Shown here: one piece after another, positions 1 through 12,600 of the stretch
Layout: each line of letters starts with the position of its first letter
Numbering within the stretch: position 1 is the first letter of the stretch
Assembly (NCBI GenBank): GCA_043228905.1
Contig: JBHGNT010000004.1
Coordinates: 17,360,001 to 17,424,000, forward strand
Direction of reading: 5' to 3'
Origin: Azolla caroliniana
Taxonomy: Eukaryota > Plantae > Polypodiophyta
DNA: 64,000 bases
Position numbers and translations under genes: made by a program
Notes under the pieces: model-generated
Database searches by the model: none
The model's input: the letters and a program-made list of their open reading frames with translations, nothing else
Told to the model about the DNA's origin: nothing

Positions 1-1481
1 CTACACCAAAATGGATAATTGATTATGGTGCATCGAGTCATGTCACAGGTAATGCTAGTGAATTCTCCTCGTATACTCACCTAGCAATGCCAGAGAGCAT
101 TCAAATTGTTGACGGTAGAACACAACTTGTAGTGGGTATAGATACAGTAAAATGTATCGACTCTATGACATTGTCTAATGTGTTGCATGATCCTTCTTTC
201 CCAATAAACCTATTATCCATAAGTTCTATCATACGCCAACTAAAATGTGTTGTTTCTTTTGATATTCCCAAGGTGATATTCCAAGAGAAAGGGACATGTC
301 GGAGACTAGGCATTGGCACATGGCATAGTGGACTTTGGTATTTGGATCGTGAAGGGTTGGATTCAACATTAGCATCTATGGTAAAGGGAACAGATGTAAG
401 GGGATCTAAAATTAGTTATCATGAGTTGTTGATACTTTACCACCAATGTACGGGACATACCTCTTATGGTGTTTTGAGTCGGTTGTAGCCACACCTCTTT
501 GAAAAGACTGATAGAACAAAACTTGTTTGTGATGCATGTGAATTTGGTAAGCTTACTAAAAGCTCATGAATATGCTAGTTCAGGCCATAGGAGTTCCCAT
601 GCATTTGATGTAATACACTCTTATGTTTAGGGACCATGTTCCACAAGTTCTATTAATGGATATAGATATTTTGTCCCTTCCATTGATTGCTTCACTCGTG
701 TGACTTGGTTATATTTGATGAGGAAAAAGAATGAAGTATTTTCTTGTTTTAAAGATTTTCATAGAGCAATTCAAACTCATTTAGGGCATACCTCTCAAAT
801 CAAGGAACACAACATCAAACTACATGCCCATATACACCAAAATAAAATGGAGTAGTAGAGAGGAAGAATAGACATCTTCTAGAGGTAACAAGAAGCATGA
901 TGATTTCCATGAATGTCCCAAAGCAGTTGTGGAGACAGGCAGTTTTCACAACTGCCGCATTGATCAATAGAATGCCTTCTAGAGTATTGGAGTGGAAGTC
1001 TCAATGTGAGTTGTTGCAAGGCAATAACTCTGGAATCTTTCCTTTGAAGGTGTTTGGATATGTTTGTTTTGTAAAGGACAGTAGACCATCTGTAGGAAAA
1101 CTTGATCCTAGAGCTGTGAAATGTGTATTTGTGGAATACTCTGCCACACAAAAAGGCTATGTTTGTTGGAGTCCAGTAGAGAAGAGATTATTTGTGAGCA
1201 GGGGTGTGCATTTCAGAGAGTTAGAGCCATGTTATAAACAAGAGGTAACTTAATTGAGACGGAAAATATGAGGGAAGGAGATAATATTGAGAGGTTGCTA
1301 AAATTAGGATGAATTCCTTTGTTGATCCCTACATCAGCTGAGAAATAAGTGAGCATAGGCGATAAGGAAGAAGAAGGAAAAGAAGACGAGGAACCTATAT
1401 GTGTTGGGTCTCAGCTAATTGAGGGGGGGCTAAAGGTGTATACAAAGAAGAGAAGTCAGAAAGAAGGAAATATGAGCACGT
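1..1481 (+). mobile_element. Ty1/Copia retrotransposon F, degenerate protease/integrase region (left part; interrupted at 1481)
   Basis: WIIDYGASSHV protease motif at ~12-45, integrase fragments (..GKLDPRAVKCVFV.YSATQKGY), several stops. Roughly 90% similar by eye to element G on the opposite strand (~43170-44710). Confidence 0.93.
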
Positions 1482-2046
1482 TGTCGTGGAGAAAACCGAC
1501 CATAGGAGGAATTGGGAATCCTAGCGCGAGAACGAGTTTTACATGGATACGCCCCAATTTAAGTTAATGTACCTTATTTAAGAATAAGTCGGCGTGATGT
1601 AAATATAAACATATTAATAAGTCAGCAAATCAAGCCATATCTCTGTCCGAAGGGACAGAGAATAAAGGTGATGTAACTAGGATGTAACGGCCCACCCTTA
1701 GTGGCCTATAAAAAGAGGGAAGAAAGATTGAGAGGGGTATCATGTTTTGGGAGGAGGAGGTGTTGTCGGACTAGGAACCGAGCACCGATCTTTGTTTTTC
1801 TTTGTATCAATCCTTGTTGTAGTCTTTGTTTGGTTGTAATCAATTTTTCCGAAGTGTAATCTCTGTCTATCTTTGGCATGTGGTCGAGTCCCTGTCTGAA
1901 CCGGCAAGTGTTGTGCTTGTCGGTACCCGACGTCCACCGTTCCTTTCTCTTTCCTTTCTCTTTTCCTTCTATCTTCGCACACTCCTCGGTCCAGGGCCCC
2001 AGCAGTCCCGCCTTAGTTTCCTACGTGCACGTGCGACAACATGACA
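1482..2046 (+). repeat. 5' LTR of Gypsy element E
   Basis: Starts TGTCG, ends TGACA, TATA-like CCTATAAAA at ~1705. Followed by PBS TGGTGAACCCGACGTGA (2052-2068) complementary to the tRNA-Trp 3' end. Confidence 0.85.
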
Positions 2047-2086
2047 TAATTTGGTGAACCCGACGTGAAACAGGTGGCAAAGGAGC

Positions 2087-2390
2087 TTGAAGATGAAAGG
2101 ATCCGAACACGTCGAAGCCATTGCGGTAGTCGTCGATCGGCTGGTGAGCCCTCGTGAGGGCACAGGTACCCGCAACAAAGCCATCGAGTCCATAGTCTGC
2201 ACGATAGGCCGGTTCGGAGGGAAGAACGCAACAAGTTATTTGGAGGCCTATGGGGCCGAGATGATAATGAGGGACACCCCGGAGGACAGAAGACTGTCTG
2301 GATTCCCTCGAGTGGTGACACTGGCAATCCACGTGGAGGTGCTCGAAGTGCAGGTTGGTTGCCAGACCTGGGAGGAGTTTGAAGGGCAAC
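2087..2390 (+). pseudogene. Gypsy E gag, N-terminal fragment
   Basis: ..IESIVCTIGRFGGKNATSYLEAY.. is homologous to the gag of element D (GQFDGRNVTKFLDAY). Further pieces lie at 17376-17551, 39772-39850 and 40494-41277. Confidence 0.8.
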
Positions 2391-2903
2391 TTGGGAAATC
2401 GGTCTCTCCGGAAGAGATCCGGAAACTGGATCGGTGGATCCGGTGAGAAGCAGAAGAGAGGACAGATTTGTAAATATGTCTTGAATAAGCCCATTGAGAC
2501 TATATTTGTAAATAGCCCTAAGTTCATATAACTATAAATTCGACTTAGGGCAATCACTTTAGTTGTGTGTGAGTGTGTTGTTGTCATATTGTTGTAACTG
2601 TTGTACAGAGAGTGAGAGGGAGAGAGAGAGAGATACAAAGCGATACTCTATTGTAACTGCCATTGTGCGAAGAAACAGAGCTCGAGGTTGATGCCTCCGA
2701 GTCTCTAATTGTACCCCCTTCTCTTCATAGTGATAGTTCGGAGTCTATGGGCTCCCGTGGTTTTTCCCTATTAGGGTTTTCCACGTAAACATCTTGTGTC
2801 ATTTTCTTGTGTACTCTCCACATCCCATTTCTGTGTTTGATTCTTATAGAAGTGATTTACTACTCAGTTGTGGCCGAGCGATATTCCGTGCAATTTCTCC
2901 TCA
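2391..2903 (+). repeat. Copia A 5' LTR (lacks terminal TG; ~40 bp shorter than the 3' LTR)
   Basis: Direct repeat of 16819-17375; ends ..CTCA before the PBS. Confidence 0.9.
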
Positions 2904-2932
2904 AACTGGTATCAGAGCAAACAACACAGAGG

Positions 2933-5900
2933 ATGGAAGAATCTTATAGCGGCATGTTCAAGCTCACCGGCTCCAACTACTCAGTGTGGAAGTAGAAGAT
3001 GAGGGACATACTGGTGGTTAAAGATCTTTGGTTGCCGGTTCAGTTCGGGGACAAGAGACCGGATAAGATCAATGCACGGTGTGGGAGGTGATGCACGTGA
3101 AGACGACGGCATACATCCGGTGCTTCATCGACATGAGCTTGTACAACAACTTCAATGAAGAGAGCAAGGCCCATGAACTCTGGGAGAAGATCGGCATCAT
3201 GTTCCAAAACAAGAATGTCATTAATCGGGTTTCGGTATTTCGGAAGCTAGTGAGGCTTCGATACCAAGACGGCTCTAGTATGGCGGAGCACATGAATGCC
3301 TTCTAGGCGCTGATACACCAAGCAACCTTGTTGGAAGTACCTCTCACTGATGAGGTACTTGCTCTACTCCTGCTCGGTTCCCTCCGGGATAGCTGGGAGA
3401 CGTTAGTTGTCACGTTGGGCAACGCCAGGCCGGAAGGAAAACAGTTATCCCTAGCAAGAGTCAAGTCGAGCTTGCTAGATGAGGAGGCGCGTCAGAAAGA
3501 CAAGGAGGTGATCTCCGACGCCAAAGCCCTCCTTACCGAATCGGAATGCGGAAGACAAAAGAATCGGAGTTCCTAGAACTAGGAAAAGTCGGGGACACAG
3601 TCAAAGTCAAGGGGGAGGCCCACTTGCTTCAATTGCAGCAAGCCGGGGCACTTCCAGAAGAACTGTCAGCATTTCCAGAAAGACAAGGGAACCGACCAAA
3701 ACGGTTCGGATCGGAAGAGAACGACGACGATCGTGGCAAGTGAAGAAGAACTAATGCTCATCACCGAGGAGAGTGAGTTGTACCTTGCCGTCGACGAGAC
3801 AACGTGGGTAGTCGATTCCGGAGCGTCTTATCCCGGACCGGAAATGCTTCTCATCCTACACAGCCGATGAGTACGGCTATGTCCGGATGGGGAATGAAGG
3901 GACATGCCTAATTATCGGCATAGGAGATGTGTTGTTGATGACATCAACCGGATGCAGGTTGTTGCTGAAGGATGTCTGACACGTTCCGGAGGTTTGACTG
4001 AACCTGATATCAGCCGGTTGGCTAGATGATGAAGGCTACACATGTAGCATCCGGAACAGTGTCATGAAGTTCTGCAAAGGGAGCTTAATAGTGGCTCAAG
4101 CCCGGAAGGTCAACACATTGTACTTGATGAATGCTCGGATATGCCGAGAAGAAGTGAACGTAGCATTTGACATTGTCGGTGAGCTGTGGCACAAAAGACT
4201 GTGTCACATGGAGAAGGGGATGAAGAGGCTTGCCGAAGACAACCTCATTCCGGTGAAGGACGTGCAACTTGAGAAGTGTGCCGACTGCTTGGCCGGCAAG
4301 CAAAACCACACCTCCTTCTGGTCAAGACCACCAATGAGATGGAATGCACCACTGGAGCTGGTGCATACCAATGTGTGTCAAGTAGACACGAAGTCACATG
4401 CTGGATCGCAGTACTTCATGACGTTCATAGATGACCACAACCAGAAGTTGTGGGTCTCACCATTGAAGATGAAGGATCAGGTGTTATCTGTCTTCAAGGA
4501 GCTCCACGCGAGAGTGGAAAGGGAAACCGGCCGGAAGCTAAAGGCAGTTCGAGTAGATAACGGAGGAGAATAACAGGGGCAATTCGAGGAGTATTGCCGC
4601 TCAAAGGGAATCCAGCTCCAATTCACTGTGTTGAAGACGCCGGAACTAAATGGGTTGGCCGAGAGGAAGGATGAACCGGACTATAATGGAGAGAGTCTGG
4701 AGCATGCTAGCACATGCCAAGTTACCCAAGACATTTTGGGCTGAGGCGTTGACGACAACGATGTATGTGATAAAGAGATCACTCTCAATACCCTTGGACG
4801 AAGACACACCGCAGAGAGTATGGACCGGTAAGGAAGTGTCCTACCGGCATCTGAAGGTGTTCGGGTGTCTCGCTTACGTGCATGTTGCAAAGGACCGGAG
4901 AGCAAAGTTGGATCCAAAGTCCTGGCCTTGCTTATTCCTCGGATACGGTGATGATGAGTTCGGTTACCGAGTGTGGGACCCGGTCGACAAGAAGGTTTTC
5001 CGGAGTCGAGATATTATCTTCATGGAGGACAAGACCATTGCCAACGGGGAGTCGAAGAAGAAGATAATGAACTCAGAGTTGACCGGCAAAGATCAGTTAG
5101 AAGAGATAAGGACCTACCCGGCAAGGAGCCGGATGGCACTCGAAGAACTGGCCAGTTTCGAAGCAGAACCCAAACCAGCCGAAGAAGAAGAAGAGGAAAC
5201 TGAAACCGGAACCGGACAGGACCCCGAATCGGATTCGGATGAAGAACAAACAGAGGAGCCGGTTTCCAGAAACGACGGACAGAGATATCCTCTCCGAGAG
5301 ATAAGAGCCCCTCGAAGATTTCCGAATGCAGAGCATGTGTTGTTAACAAATGAGGGGGAGCTGGAAAGCTTTGAAGAAGCAAGGGGAGACACCCACAACC
5401 GCAAGTGGTTGAGTGCAATGCAGGATGAGATGGATTCCCTGCATGAGAACCACACATACGAATTGGTGGAGTTTCCGAAAGGAAATAGGGCCCTTCGGAA
5501 CAAGTGGGTGTACAAGCTAAAACCGGGAGACGCCGGAAATCCACCAAGGTATAAGGCTCGAATCGTGGTGAAGGGTTTCCAGCAGAAGAAAGGAGTGGAC
5601 TTCGATGAGATCTTTGCCCCGATAGTAAAGATGACATCCATCCAGAAGGTATTGGGCATATCGGCAAGCATGGACCTCGAGGAAGAGCAATTGGACGTCA
5701 AGACGGCATTCCTACACGGAAACCTCGAAGAAGAGATCTACATGCATCAACCGGAAGGATTTGAGAAGAAAGGGAAGGAGCACCTGGTGTGCCGACTGAA
5801 GAAAAGCTTATACGGACTGAAGCAAGCTCCCTGGCAATGGTACCGGAAGTTTGACTCCTTCATGACCAATCAAGGGTACCACAAGACACAGGCCGATCAC

Positions 5901-6089
5901 TACATGTTTATGAAGAAATTTGATGGAGGAGATTTCCTGATATTGCTCCTGTACGTGGACGACATGTTGATTGTCGAACGAGACCAAGTCAAGATACGAA
6001 TGTTGAAGAAAGCCCTTAACCGGACCTTCTCAATGAAAGACTTGGGTCCGGAAAGGCAGATACTGAGGATGCACATCCCCCAGGACCGG
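2933..6089 (+). pseudogene. Copia A gag-pol (gag, zinc knuckle, protease, integrase, RT N-terminal part)
   Basis: MFKLTGSNYSVWK, CFNCSKPGHF, WVVDSGAS, LWHKRLCH, VDNGGE, YKARIVVKGF, QLDVKTAFLHG, LLYVDDML; stops and frameshifts. Confidence 0.93.
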
Positions 6090-6508
6090 TGTTATTCTCT
6101 GACCGGACAAGGCCTAACACAAGGTGTCACGGAGACACTTCACCAAAGGGTGATTACGGCATAGGATTATGACTCAACGACTACACCGACTTACGTAGGT
6201 TACACGATTAGAGCGCTTTTGTTAATTACACGCGTAAGATATAACAGTAATTACAGAACGGAAATCAACACAGAAGTATAAACACCATACGCTCTATTAA
6301 TTATCCGCTGCGATTACAATGGGGTCCGGGCCTTTAAATAGGTTTCCGGCCCGTAGTACAAAACGGTGCCTATCGCACCTATTCGGGATCCGTCCGGATC
6401 TGGAACGGCATACTGTTTCCAGTCCGTCCGTCCATACTATGCTTATTTACAACCATACTTAATTAATTCCTTCACTCCGTATTTTGGACTCCTTGCCAGC
6501 CGGTAACA
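6090..6508 (-). repeat. Gypsy B 3' LTR
   Basis: Near-identical to 15541-15959. Confidence 0.97.
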
Positions 6509-6560
6509 CATGGCACGCCCGTGGGACAGTACCTTGTACGTCGAACCCTTCTCGGCCCCT

Positions 6561-9505
6561 TCATTGTTCACCCAAATTGTCCAAAATACTTTGTTCCAGA
6601 GTTTCCAATTGTTCTTCCGGTTGTGGTTGTTGCGGCTGTGCTTGTTGCTGCTGCTGTGGTTGCGGTTGGGACTGAGACTGCTCCGGCTGCTCTATAGGCG
6701 GCTGCTCCGTTTGTTTCTCTGACTCCGACATCCCCGTTTGACTGCTTCCGGTCCGGTCTCCTTCCAGTAACGGTTCCTCATCACTGAGGTTGACCGTAAC
6801 CGGTTCTCGTGCTTTCTCTTCCCGGATCCGGGACCTCTCGTAGCTTTCAAACTGGATCTGCGCCTCCAGCCTGTCGTCGTCCAGCTGAGCTACAAGTTGC
6901 CGGACTTGCCCTAGTTGGTCCTCTGCCAAGGCTTGAAAGTCTTCGGCCAGCTCATCTCTTATGCCGGTGAAGTCTTCGGAAGTCAGCATATAGCAATCAT
7001 CTCCCTCCTTCCGCCGGTTCTCTACGTCGGCCCGGAGCAATTGGAGTTCCGCCGCGTTCGGGGCCCACTTGGTCCACCATTTGACGGAACCGTTGTCAAT
7101 CAAGCTCTTGGTCTGGTTCAACCAGGCCCGCATGATATCCTGGATGCCACTTGCTCCCATTTGCGCTCTACTTTCCACAACTTGTCGTTCCTCCTTCAAC
7201 TGCTTGATGAGATTAGTCGTATCCTCCGCCTGCTCTCTGTAGCGCGTCAGCTGCCCTTGATATGTTGTTTGCAGCCTCTGCAGTACCTCCGCTGCTCTTT
7301 CTTTTTCCGCCTGCTGTTGCCTGAGGAGCTCCGTCCGAACCTTCTCCGCCTCTTCCAACCGTCTTCTGGTTTCCGCTTGTTCATTAGCGTATGCCGTTGC
7401 GGTCCGATCAACTGCTTGCCGGAGCTCATCCGTCCGTTCCTTGTGCTCCGTTTGCAACCGTTTATACTCCCGGTGCAAGTGCTCAAATTCCTCCATTTTT
7501 TGTTTGAGCTTGCCGTTGATCTGGCGATGGTTCCGGTCCTCCCGGTCCTTTAGCTGCCGGAGTTCCTCTTTCAGGCGCTCTACTTCTGTTTCGGCGTTTC
7601 TCCGGAGCCTGTCCTTCTCTTGCAGCATTTTCTCCTTCTCCTCCTTGAGCCGGTCGTACGCTTGGTGGCCTTTTCGTAAGCTCTCCTCGGCCCAGCGTAG
7701 CTTCTCAGCAGTCTTTTTGAGTTCTGCCTCCGCTGCCGTCTTCAACTCTCTTTCGCGGCTCCTCAGCACTTCTTGGGCAGCTAGCTCATCCTTTAAGTCC
7801 GCAAGCTCTTGTGCTTGTGCCGCATTTCTCTCCGGAACGGTTTCCGTTGCCGGGGTCTGATTGCTATGTTCAGGTTGATCTGACGCTTTATTCTGTACAT
7901 TTCCCAGAGTCACCGGTGCTTGGACTTGTGTTGTCAAAGCCAATTGAGCCATTTCCCTTGTGACCCTGTCCAAGTCTTGTTCAAGGCTCCGGATTCTGGA
8001 CCGGGCCGTCTCTAGATCTACGGTTGTGACGAGCAACCGTTCGTGGTGCGCTCTCTCCTCCGCCTCTATGTACTCGACCGCTCCGGCGATCTGCTCGCCT
8101 ACCCACCGTAGCCACATGCTACTGGTGCATTGCTGCTGTACTGGTCGGGTCGGCTCGTTCACTGTGGAATTGTCTGGCCTGAGTGCCTGTATCTGCCGTT
8201 CTGGTTCTACTCCTTGGCCGCTGTGTGTGCTGGCTGGGCTCGCCGGCTGTTGAGTTCCGGTTCTCGCCGTCTCCTGAGCCGTTGGAATGACTTCTTGTAT
8301 AGAAGTCGACAAGGCCGGTTCTATACGCACCGGTTCCGGTTCCTTCCTTGCGGTTTGCTCAGGTTGAGTTGGGGGCGTTTCTTCCTCTTGCGGGTACGAA
8401 CGCTCCCCCGCTGTCGTTGGAGGTGCTCTACTGGCTCCTCCGTTTCCTCTTCCTGGGTAACGGCATGTATCTGTGCCGTCAAGGGTTCCGGTTCCTTCTG
8501 TCCCGGTCGCCGTATGGTTATCTTAACGGGTCGGACCGGTGACACCTCCTCCGGTTCTGGGAACTGTTTCTTCCCTTTCGTCGCCTTCGACGCCAGCAGC
8601 TGCTGTCGTTTGGACGCGGGTTTCGAGGTGCTTCCTTCCGATAATCTTGGCCGCTTCTTTGGCTGGACGGTCTCGACCGGCAGCGCGAGCAATGTTATCC
8701 ACTGAGCTACGGCATGCCACAGCTTCCGGCCCTCCTTGCCGTCCTTTCCTCGTACCGTGTCGATTGCCACGCACAAACCGTCTACAATCAACACCGGCCA
8801 ATCCACCTTGATCCCTTCATAGGTGGCTATGATCATCCCTGCCCGATTTTTTGGCATGACAGGGGGTCGGGGGTACACGTGGTCGTACTCATGGAGCACT
8901 CGAGCTATCTCCCTGAATAGCGGATCTTCGCCGCCCTGCGTTCGATAGCCTTTGCCGGCTAGAGAGTACTCACCGAAATATCGGATGAGTTGCTCCGAGG
9001 TTGGGTTATCGATCTGAAAAATACCTCCCTCCGGAAGGCCTGTTAGCGCACGGATCGCTTCCTCGGTGATGACTTCTGTGTCAAGCTCCTTGATGACCCG
9101 GTCGGCTTCTTTGTGCGGTGGTGCCTCCATGATGGTCAAGAACCCATCCAGTCCGTGTTGCCTGAGCCATTTCCTGGCCGCTTCCGACAGCGTTTGTGGT
9201 TCCATGTCTGCTTCGAGGTCGAGGAAAGATGGCGAGGTAGAGTGGTGATGAGAGTGAGAGCGAGAGAGACAGAGTTCCGAACGTGGGGGTTCTCTGAGTG
9301 CAGGTTCGCGTTTGCTAAGCTTCCACCGCCTTGGTGCTTCTGTGCTTCTTGGCTCGCGAAAAAAAAAGGTCTCCATGCGTTCTGCTTTTTCTCTGTTGGT
9401 CTTGGCGCCTTTTCCGAGCATGCGCACGTCGTGTACCAATTTAGCATTAAGTAACGTGGCGGCTCTTAAATGCCCACTACGTACCTTTTCGCTCCTTGCT
9501 TTCAC
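6561..9505 (-). CDS. Gypsy B extra ORF (frameshifted near 8400): plant-mobile-domain-like N-terminus plus long coiled coil and Q/E-rich tail
   Basis: ORFs 8321-9505 and 6561-8330 overlap in different frames. The motif ITEEAIRALTGLPEGG resembles the PMD consensus ITLxDVxxLxGLPxxG; ~250 aa of E/K/R/Q heptad-like sequence follows. Confidence 0.7.
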
Positions 9506-9621
9506 GTCCGTTCATACCTCGATTTTTAATGTTTTCTTTTTTTCTTTTCTTTTTTTCTTTTTTTTTTCTTCTTCTTTTTTTTTTTTTTTTTTATTATTAT
9601 TTTTAATGACGGTATGTGATC

Positions 9622-12600
9622 TTACACATCCGTAGGTCCCTTCGGACCCTTACCGTTTTCCTTACGGGTTGCCGTGTCTTCCTTCGCCTCTGCTACGGGT
9701 TCCCCGTCGTCTTTTTCTTCCATCCGTACCGTTCCCGGTATAGTGCCGGTGGGCTGCATAAACGGGTTATTTGGCATCGGTCCTTTATAGGGCTTTAGTC
9801 TAAATCCGTTGACCCACTTGCCTAGCACTTCACCGGCAAGTGTCCCTAACTGATAGGACCCGTTGTATTCCCGTGTCAGCCAATACGGGCCTGTCCATCT
9901 AAACCGGAGTTTACCCGGCATCTTGCCCATCCTCGTTTGGAATACTAGCACTGGCTTTCCGATTTCGAACATCTTCTCATTACCTTTCCGGTGACGGTCA
10001 ACGAACGCTTTCCGTCGTCGTTGCTCCAGTTCCATGTGTAGGATGCTGGCCAGCCGTTGCTCTTCCAGTTCGCATAGTGCTGCTAGCCGCATTTCCTCCG
10101 ACTCCTTTTCATTCAGCCGTTCCCGTAGTTGGATCCGTAAGCTTGGTACCTGAAATTCCACCGGCATGACCGCCTCTAAGCCGAACGCTAACCGAAACGG
10201 CGTTGTCCGGATACTTGTTTTGTATGCCGTTCGGTACGCCCATAGCGCGCTATGGAGCTTTGTATCCCAGTCCATCCGGTTTTCATTGACGATTTTGCGG
10301 AGAATGTTCTGGAGCGTTTTGTTGGTTGACTCTGCTAACCCGTTTGCTTGTGGGTAGTACGGTGTGCTCTGTTTATGGACCACGGCATAGAACGTTGTTA
10401 AGCTTTCAACTACCTGGCCGAGGAAGTGCCCTCCTTGGTCGCTGATTAATTCAATCGGACATCCATATCGGCACCAAATGTTCTCGTACAAGAATTTTGC
10501 TGTGGATGACGCGGTGTTGTCTCTCAAGGCCTTAGCCTCCACCCATTTAGTGCAATAATCTGTTGCCACGATGACATAACGATTACCCGTTCTCATCGCC
10601 GGTGGCTTGAACGGTCCGACAAAATCCAACCCCCACTTCTGGAATGGCTCTAGTGGAAGTACCGGTTGGTGTGGCATCCGTGCTTGCTCCGTAGGCTGGC
10701 CCATTCGTTGGCATAGGTCACATTCCTTAGCATACTTGACGGCGTCTTTTAACGTCGTGGGCCACCATAAGCCGCTCTGCCATACTTTCCTTGCCGTCGC
10801 TTCCCCGGCATAGTGTCCTCCGGCAACCCCACAGTGTGCTTCCCGTAAGATTACTTGTTTCTCGTCACTACGGACTGCCCATCTCCATATTCCATCTGCG
10901 CCCTTGTGGTAGAGAGTGTCCCGTAACAGACAGAAATTGCGGCTCTGCACCGCCAGTCGTTTCCTCTCGTCCCGGTTCATTTCCTCCGGTGGCAGGCCCG
11001 TGCTTAGGAACTGGTGCATGTTTGTCAGCCACCTATCTTCTGATGCCACCGTGTCGTCCGCTGCCATTTCCGGGGTGATACGGAATAACTCTGCGTCCGG
11101 GAATTCATCCGATACTCCGTTGCCTGATTCTCCGGACTCTAACCGGCTCAGGTAATCTGCTACGGCATGCTGGATACCGGGCCGGTGGAAGATCTCGAAT
11201 TCGAACTCCTGCAACAGCAAGGTCCAACGGGCCAACTTACCGGTCAGGGACGCCTTGGACACTAAGTACAGGAGCGCCGAGTGATCCACATGAAAGGAGA
11301 ACTTCCTTCCCAATAGGTAATGACGAAACTTTGTGACACTGTAGATCATGCCCAGGGCCTCCCGTTCCGTAGTCGAATAGTTCTTCTCCGCTTGGGACAG
11401 CTTCCGGCTGGCGTAGTATACCGGCCGGTACCATTTGGGCTCCGTAAGTGCATTAAGGCGCTGCCGATAGCGATGTCGGAAGCGTCAACGAACACATGAA
11501 ATTCCTTGCTCCAATCCGGAGGCTGCACGACGGGTGCTTGCGACAAAAGTACCTTCAGGGCATTGTATGCCTTATCCTCCGTATCCGTCCATTGGAACGG
11601 TGTCCGATGTACCGCGGTGTGTAATGGTGTAGCCAAGTCAGCCAAGTGACGGAGCATCCGGCTGTGCCACCGGATCTGTCCTAAGAATCGGCTTAGTGCT
11701 TTGGCCGTTTTCGGCGTCGATGCCCCTACTATCGCGTCTACTTTGTCCGGGTCGACCGCAATGCCCTCCTTACAATGTGTCCCAGTAATATTCCACTTGA
11801 AACCCCAAAGATGCATTTTGCTGGGTTTAAGCTTAGCCGGTATAACCTACACTTTTCAAGGCATAACCGTAGGTGCTGCAAATGGTCTTTTTCCCGGCTA
11901 TAGACTGCAAAGTCATCCAGGAAAACCTGCATGAAGGCTGGAATGTATTCGCCGAAGATCTCCATGATGATTCGCTGGAAAGTTGCTGGTGCCGTTTTTA
12001 GTCCGAACATCATTACTATGGCCACAAACACTCCCCATTCGGTTACGAACGCTGTCTTCTCCTGGTCGTCAGGGTGCATCCGGATTTGATTGTATCCGCT
12101 GAACCCGTCTAAAAAGCTATAAACTTCATGGCCGGCGACGGCATCCAGTACTCCATCCGTGAACGGAAGAGGGAATGCATCCGTAATTGTGGCTGCATTT
12201 AGTTTCCTGTAATCTACACACACGCGGATTTTACCGTTCTTCTTTGGGACGACGACGATGGGGCTCAGCCACGTCGCTTTCTTTACCGGCCGGATGAAGC
12301 CCACTCTTAGGAGTTTGTCGATTTCCTCCTTCACTTTGGCGGCGTAGTTGGGGTTCATTCGGTAACGTCTTTGCGCCACTGGTTTCGCGTCCTTGCCTAA
12401 GTGGATCTGATGCTGATATAATTGAGGGTCCAGCCCTCGCATGTCTTCGTATGACCAGGCGAATACGTCGCGAAACTCCGTGAGAAGTTTGATCATCGCC
12501 GCTTTATCTTCCGGCTTCATTTCTTTGGCGATGTGTACCGGCTTTGATTCGTCCTTGCTTCCTAGGTTCACTTCGTCGAGCTGGGATGTTTTTACCCGTT

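Noticed and set aside
6561-9505. Retroviral envelope gene
   Set aside because: No signal peptide or transmembrane segment is apparent; the protein is highly charged.
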